Positions 56,881 through 64,000 of a DNA stretch of 64,000 nt are shown one piece after another (positions within the stretch are counted from its first letter, which is position 1; every line of letters starts with the position of its first letter). The stretch is from Carcharhinus amblyrhynchos (lineage: Eukaryota). The position numbers and the translations under genes were made by a program. Location: NCBI GenBank assembly GCA_965287045.1, contig OZ336899.1, positions 32,984,001-33,048,000 on the forward strand, written 5' to 3'. Below the pieces are notes generated by a model that saw nothing but the letters and a program-made list of their open reading frames with translations, was not told the origin of the DNA and did not search any database.

Positions 56881-58139
56881 CCCTGACCTTGCATCGGGCC
56901 AGGAAAAGACGGCCATCTCATTGTGCTCTCCTTGATGCATGATGCCGGTGAGGCGAGTGCAAAGTAGTAGATTTAATGAAAGAAACATTGTTGAATGGGG
57001 AGTTATTTTGTCAGCATCCATAGCAGCAACGGCTCTACCCCTGCAGCAGAGCTGTGCAAGCTTTCAGTTCCAATGATACATTATGGATGCTGTGTAAAGA
57101 ACTCAATTCCACAAAGCCATTTCTTTCACTATACTTAATGCCACCTCACGCTGATCTGCATGTTTTAAGTTGCAAAAAGGCTTGCTGCATTGAAGGCACA
57201 ATCCATAGCTCATAATTTTAGCGTCACTGGGGTTTCAGAGTACCCTTCGCATATTTTATCATGCAAGTTATTTGGATCATTCCATTTTTGCAAATTTTTT
57301 TTGAGACAATCCACTTAAATGTATTTCACTGAAGTGATAAACAGTGTTACATTTTTGGGTCTTGCGCGAAATTATTCAGTTTCTTATATCTCATACAATG
57401 TTTAAGGGCAATTCCAACTCCCCAAACCATTAGTGTGTTTATCCTCGTCATGATATCAAGTACAGCATCAGGGAAGTATGGGTGCTAATTATTTTTAGCT
57501 ACTCTATTTATCCTGCGTGTCACAGCATCATAAAATAGTTACAGCACAGGAGGCGGCCACCTGACCCATCGTGTCTGCACTGATTCTCCGAATACATAAG
57601 GTTTCTTTCCAGACTTGGAGCAACGAGACACCAAATGGGATCATATTTTATATTTAAAGTATCATCTAAATTTAATTTATATTCACACAGCCAACTCTCC
57701 CAAAATAATTATATATTCCAGCTGGAGTGAATTCTACAAACTAAGTTAACCATTTGTAGGTAACTTTTAAATTACGTCTTTATATGTGTACCTCTTCCTT
57801 TTTCAACATACATACATATCTAAGCTGATTTTAAAATTCAAACTCACATTTCTCTTTTAGGAGATTCAAACTGATGGGTTTCCTTCTCAGAATTCAAAAC
57901 ATACTCCTTTAATGTAAACAAAAAAGTGGCCTAGATTTTAATATCCCATTACTTTAAAAGAAACATTCTGTTGGATACAAATGGAACTACCAGTCTCGTA
58001 TTTCTCTTCAGCCTGTAACCAATGGAACTTTTGGACTTTTGGCGCAGGCTTGGTTTAAGATTCTGGCTTTAGCTAGCTGTTAACCTCATCACGTTCCACG
58101 TGGAATTACTGAAAATCTCTGAACTATAGAAATGACAGA

Positions 58140-59545
58140 TAATGAAGAGTAATAAGTCTACAGACCATCTAATACTGATAGGGAGGCAGAGGAAATTAGG
58201 AATTGAAATGATCACGAGGGAGTTTCAATTACCTCAACATTAACGGGACAGGGGTGGTCAGTAAAGGGGGTAAGAGAATGAAGTTTCTCCAACATGTACA
58301 GGACTACTTCGGAGCGCCCAGTTTGTAAAAAGCCCAACTTGTGAAGATTCATTATTTGATCAAAGAATGGGGAATTGAACCAGGGCAGGTAAGAAAGTAA
58401 AAGTAAAGGAACATCTGGACAAAGTGACCATAATATAATAAGCTATGTGATGACGATTGAGAAGGACAAAATCATGATAACAAATAATTTAACACACTGG
58501 AGAAAAATTAACGGGCTGGGAAAAAGGAGTTGGAAAAAACAAAATGGGCAACTATCCAGGCAAACAATAATGTAGAACAATGATGGACAACCTTTCAACA
58601 GGTGGTGTTCAGAGCAAAGAAATATTCCATAGCGGTTCAAGAAAGTGGCTCACTACCATCTTCACAAGGACAACAAATGCTGGCCTTGCCAACTATGCCC
58701 ACATCACACAAATAAATAAAAATAATAAATAAAAAGAAATATCAATAAAAAAGCAAGGCTGTGATAGGAATAGGACCATTAAGGGATAGGTAGAATTACA
58801 CCTCAGGTAATAAAAAAGAGATGATAAAAATGTTGAACAACGATCTTACTTTGGTTATCTACCAGGGAGACAGAATAGGTAGTTAAAACAATGAATAATG
58901 AGATAACTGCACTTAAAATCAAAAGGTTGATCCATTGAATAAACTAAACAAACTCATAAAAGGATAAAGCCTCTAGTCAGAATAATTGGACTCACATAAT
59001 TAAAATAATCTAAGGGCTAGGAAAAAAATATTATTCATATTGAATAATTTGTTAGAAAAAAGGTTGGAAAGAGGGCTGGTAGATAGCTATTTAATTCACA
59101 TATTTAACAAAGGGGGAACAATGATGTCCAGGGGGTTATAAAACAGTCAACTTATCAGTAATAGGAAAATAATGGAATCCTTACTAAATGAGAGAATTGA
59201 GAAACACCCAGGAATGAGGCGAAATCATAAATAGTTAGCAAGGATTTCAAAAGGGAAAATCTCAGTTGACATATCTTACTGACTTAGACAAAAAAAGGAC
59301 AGACAATGGTCAGATAGTAGGTATAATTTATTTGGATTTTCAAAAGGCTTTCAATGATTGCCCATAATAGACTAATAAGGTCAGAATGTGAGGTCATGGG
59401 ACAAGCGGCAGAATGTGGGAAGCGGTGCTCCACAAGGATCAGTCCTGCCATTGATTACTGTTCACAATTGACATTAATAAGTTGAAATTTGGAATCAAAA
59501 CATAACTTCTGAAATTGTGAATGGCACCAAATTTGGGCAGAGGGG
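58140..59545 (+). mobile_element. Highly decayed CR1 LINE (endonuclease to RT remnants) with a nested LINE tail near 58630-58715
   Basis: Remnants such as 'tatttggattttcaaaaggctttc' (YLDFQKAF) and 'ccacaaggatcagtcct' (PQGSVL). Confidence 0.65.
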
Positions 59546-59837
59546 TAGGGCTCAAGATATTCAAACTTTTATCGTTACATCAACTGAAGGACTAATCGGG
59601 AAGTTTCGTAATCCAAACACTTCAAGTCTTACGACAAAATGTTTTTCTTCATAAGCCTAGCGCATGTGATCAAGCATTCTTCCCACTTATGATATCTACA
59701 CTGAGCAAGCATGGAAGTTTCTGTCCAAAAATAAACTGAGCACTTAAAAGACAATAAGTTGCAACTACAAAATGGATGTTAATCCAAACAATTAATAGTT
59801 ATTCTATTAATTTATAATTAAGGACTCTGAATTATGA

Positions 59838-60145
59838 GGGATGCCTTTTGGTGCATCAGTAGTATCCTCATCTCTGGGCCAGAAGGTTTGGTTCAAGTCT
59901 CACTTCAGGACTTGATGGCTACGGAAGGGATGATCAGAACATGGCCAAATAGGTTGATTAGCAGCCCGTCAGTCCTTCCAACATGCTGATGTCAACAGGA
60001 CACAGCAGGAGAGTTTCCTGGTCAGCCATACTGCAGAAGGCAACAGCAACCACTGCAGTACTTTGTCAAGGATCATCATGGACCAGTCCAATGGAAGTCC
60101 ATGGAGCCAACACCCTTTTAGAACATGGTGTCTGAGGAGGAAGGT
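59838..60145 (+). mobile_element. tRNA-derived SINE with a possible RTE-type tail
   Basis: Head tggtgcatcagtagt...ggttcaagtc; 3' 'ggcaacagcaaccactgcagtactttgtcaag' resembles RTE-associated SINE motifs (recall). Confidence 0.5.
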
Positions 60146-62149
60146 ATAGTTACAATGTCAACTCAATTCACCCAACCAGTTCAGGCTAGAAACTGAATTA
60201 TAACAAATGAACAAAATCATGATGTGGAGACTAAGTAGTTCCATGAATCTACAGTGGGATGGTCTTGCGGAATATTTTCTCTCAAACTGAGGTGACTAGG
60301 AGTCAAGCTTAAAACCAAATCAAAACAATGACTTAGAATAACTGCTGTATCAAGCATGTCAGCCAGGTATTTCAGCCAGTGTAAAGGAATATACCTTTAT
60401 TGAAGACGACCATCAGGAAAATAAAATGCTGGGCTCACAAGCAACACTGAATATTGAAGTGGTCGTTTAGAGGATGTAAAACATATTGGATTGCCTCCAA
60501 TGAAGCAGCTTATTTCATTCCTAATATTCATAGTTATTCTGATACAACAAATATTTGCAATAGTCTTCAATTTATGCATTTTTTCATTTAGCTTTTAAAA
60601 TTATTGGGAAGTCCAAACTAGTCTCATGGAAGTTAATACATATGCAAATTTTCTGAACACATCTTTGTTGTATGCGAAGAAGATAACAAACTTTCATAAG
60701 GACAACAATTATCCGACAGCCTGCAATGCATCTCAGGAACTTTGATATAAAAGGTCAAAAAACCTTTTTAAAAATTGATTGCAAATATCTCAGCACCTGA
60801 CAAAATAAGCAAGGTTTTCTTGTATGGATTAAACTTGTTAGAAATCCAAAATAATTCTACTACACAAAAACTGCCAACTATTTGGTGCTTTTAGTTTCAC
60901 TGCTAATTCTCAACAGGAGTGCTATAAACCAGCTGTAAACTGGTTCAGCACAAGTGAAATAGTTGCTGACAGTGATCATCCCCACGGCCACGCAGGACTT
61001 TGAGGGGGCTGATAGACTGTCGCACACTGACGAAGCAATTACATCTCACGTGCACACTAAAATACAATAATTTGTCTGACACAAACAACTAAGTGCAATA
61101 CTGTCTCATTTATATTGACCTCATTAAATTATGCAATTTGTAAAAACAAACTTTTATATATGAATTATGGCAGGCCAGCAGTCATTCTGCCAGTTGGTAG
61201 TTGTATGCAGTATAGATAGGGCAGTTTGGCAGCACAGTAACACTGAATTCTCATCCTGGACAACAAAGGCAACCCTGGCTTCCATTCTTTATTACCAACA
61301 ATCTCCATGAACCTCCCCTCCCTCCAATATCTCTTCCAACCTCACCTCTAACAAGCACATGGTACTCGTGGAAAGATTCATCAAGAATAAGGTATCTGTT
61401 CAGCTGCTTCTGTTCTATCAGAGGAAAACCTCTTCCAGGTCACCATCACCCTTCTGCCTCAGCTCTGATATTCATGCGTATACAGCCCACATTGTTTCGC
61501 TCATGACTCAAACCTGATGGGATCAAATGCTAAACAAATCATAGAAGATTCACAGAATATGGGAGGCTATCATTTGGTTCAATATACCAGTGCTGGTTCT
61601 GGAAATTACCCTTTAAGTTTAACTTGCCTTCAAGGATTTATACAACTTCCTTTGATAGTTACTACTGAACTGTTTCCACCAGTCAAACAATGCATCCTGT
61701 TGTGAACACAGCAGATGTTATGAGCAATCCAGATCCCACAGAAGCATAGAACTCCAGTAACCCCTTTAGGATTTTTAAAAATTAAAAGATTAGTAAGACT
61801 AAAACTTAAGCACAGAAGATTAAAGTCACACAATTGAAACAGCCTTGCAGAACAACCTCCACACAACATGGACAGAGCATACAAGTAAACTTTTTTTTTG
61901 GGCAATAACTCTCCCTTATACATTTTAATTAAAAATCCAGCAATACAACCCAAGGCAAAGAACTGCTGCCACTTTAATAAAGCTATACCACGTAACTCCT
62001 CAAATACTTCCATTGTGATATCCCAAAGAAATGCTCATAAACAGCATGTCTACCCTCTCCTGGAACCCTTGACAGCATTATCTACATATTGAATTTCATG
62101 TCAACAGCAAACTATGAAATAATGCCCCATACCTAGGTCCAGATTATTA

Positions 62150-62785
62150 TATTTTTCATGGGATGTGAACACAGCTCACCAGGTCGGCATTTGTTGCCCA
62201 TCCCTAACTGTCTTTGAACTCAGTGGCTCACTCAGCTATTTCATATTGCAGTTAAGAGCCAATCACACTGCTGTGGGTCTGCAGTCACATGTAAGCCAGA
62301 CCACGTAAGGACAATCATGGTTCTTTAGGCAATATCTTCCAAACCCACAACCACTTCCATCTAGAAGGACAAGAGCAGCAGATACCTGGGAATACCACCA
62401 TCTGGAGATTACCTGCCAAGTCACTCACCATCACCATCACTGGGAATTCCCTCCCTAATAACACTGTGGGTGTACTTACACTTCAGGGTCCGCAGCAGTT
62501 CAAGAAGGCAGCTCACGACCACCTTCTCAAGGGCAACTGGGTATGGGCATTAAATGCTGGCTTAGCCAGTGACGCCCACATCCCATAAATGAAGGATATT
62601 AGTGACCAGATGGGTTTATACAAAGATTGATGATGGCTGTCATGGCCACCATTACTGAGACTAGCTTTATAATTGCAGATTTTCCAAACTGAATTTAAAT
62701 TCCACTAGCTTTCATAGTAGGATTTGAATCCATGACATCAGCCTGGGCTTCTGGATTATGAGTCCACTATACCACTGTCTTCCCC
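62150..62785 (-). mobile_element. tRNA-derived SINE (-) interrupted by a plus-strand LINE 3' tail at about 62315-62592
   Basis: Head at 62690-62785; the tail at 62150-62225 is reverse-complementary to the end of the nested LINE tail. Confidence 0.65.
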
Positions 62786-62989
62786 AAATCATTAATATAT
62801 CTAAAACAGTAGTAGTCCTATGACCTACTGTTGGTCATATTACTATGTACTGCTTTCCAGGCAGTGTGGACTGTTCACCACTACTCCCTGCTTTAGGTCC
62901 CTTAGCCAATTTCATAACAACTGATTGTTATCAATTTCATTAAGTCTATGATACAAAAAAAACAGAACTGCAAACATAAGAGCACTTCT

Positions 62990-63375
62990 TAAAAACCACA
63001 GTTTTTTAAAAAACTACTGCCAATGAAATACTTGTTGCAGTGCAGGAAATGCAATGAATTTCCACACAGTAAACTCCCACAAACCACAATCTGATAATGA
63101 CCAGATAATCTGTTTTTGGGATGTTGAATAAGGGATAAACGTTGACGAGAACATCGGGGAAAATAACCCCCACTCTTCATCAAAATTATGCCATGGAACC
63201 TTTTGCATCCACCCAAAGGGCAGATGGGACCACGGTTTAATGTCTCACCTGAAAGACAGCATCTCTGATACTACTGCGTTCCCTTGATACTGTACCAGAG
63301 TGGTTTTTTTGCTCAGGTCCTAGAGTTTGACTAGAACCCACAATCTTTTGACTCAGACAAGACTGCCATCAACTG
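62990..63375 (-). mobile_element. Deu-type (SacSINE1-like) SINE
   Basis: 'atgccatggaaccttttgcatccaccc..gggcaga.ggg.cc.cggtttaa.gtctca..tgaaagac.gca' and a reverse tRNA-like head 'gaacccacaa.ct..tgactcaga'. Confidence 0.7.
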
Positions 63376-63469
63376 GTTTGACAGCGTTTTAGAATAGAGA
63401 AATAAAACCATCCAGAAAATTAAATTTCTACCAGAAAATTAAATTTCTACAAGTTTCTACAAATATATT

Positions 63470-64000
63470 AAATGAAAAAACATTGGTCCTTTAGAGGATG
63501 AGAAGGGGGATGTAATAACTGGAAATAAAAAAATGGTTGAGGCATTGAACAGGTATTTTATGTCGGTCTTCACAGCGGAAGACACAAATAACATGCCAAA
63601 AATCGACAGGAAGGCTATGGCAGGTGAGGACCTAGAAACTATCATCACAAAAGAGGTAGTGTTGGGCAAGCTAATGGGGCTAAAGGTAGACAAGTCTCCA
63701 GGCCCTGATAGAATGCATCCCAGGGTACTAAAAGAGATGGTCGGGGCAAATAGCAAATGCCACTGTTTAAAAAAAGGAGGTAGACAAAAGGCAGGTAGCT
63801 ACAGACCAGTTATCTTAACTTCTGTAGTAGGCAAAACATTTGACTCTATCATCAAGGAAGAAATAGCGAGACATCTGGATTGGTAAGCCACAGCACAGGT
63901 TCATGAACGGCAAGTCATGTTTGACTAATTTGGTGGAATTCTTTGAGCACATTACATGAGCACTGGACAATGGGGAACCTGGATTTCCAGAAGGCATCTG
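63470..64000 (+). mobile_element. CR1 LINE fragment (linker and start of RT), runs off the window end
   Basis: ORF 63533-63886 'LNRYFMSVFTAED..LKVDKSPGPDRMHPRVLKE..SYRPVILTSVVGK'. Confidence 0.9.

Noticed and set aside
60398-60572. 9-bp terminal inverted match (attgaagac/gtcttcaat) with CTGA near one end, as a C/D snoRNA or exon
   Set aside because: No RTGATGA C box at the other end; the phase-0 reading into the gtatat donor hits a stop
63412-63449. 19-bp tandem duplication ccagaaaattaaatttcta x2
   Set aside because: Ordinary slippage; both copies are on one side of the adjacent CR1, so not a target-site duplication

Overview
Vertebrate nuclear DNA, most likely a cartilaginous fish (shark-type V-SINE/HE1-like, Deu-type SINE, CR1/HER1-like LINE and Penelope-like repeats). 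The minus strand carries the 3' part of EIF4G3. I reconstructed 15 GT-AG coding exons by hand from 49574 down to the TAA stop at 10475 (1875 nt, 624 aa, all splice phases consistent). They cover the end of MIF4G, the linker, MA3 and W2, ending ...[11 protein letters not shown]. The next upstream exon was not found in 49575-64000. The introns and flanks are mostly retroposon debris plus two GC-rich minisatellites, which produce the long spurious ORFs at 15.5-17.6 kb. The most notable non-genic observations are: fold-back Penelope-like remnants with minimal hammerhead-ribozyme cores, a decayed 5S rRNA copy abutting a tRNA-derived SINE head, a locally templated inverted insertion at 38.9-39.3 kb, a low-GC but CpG-retaining island at 4.4-5.75 kb, and inverted CR1 copies flanking a 480-nt phase-0 exon block. 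I found no convincing new protein-coding system. Exon boundaries were counted base by base; repeat boundaries are approximate and family names come from recall, not a database search.
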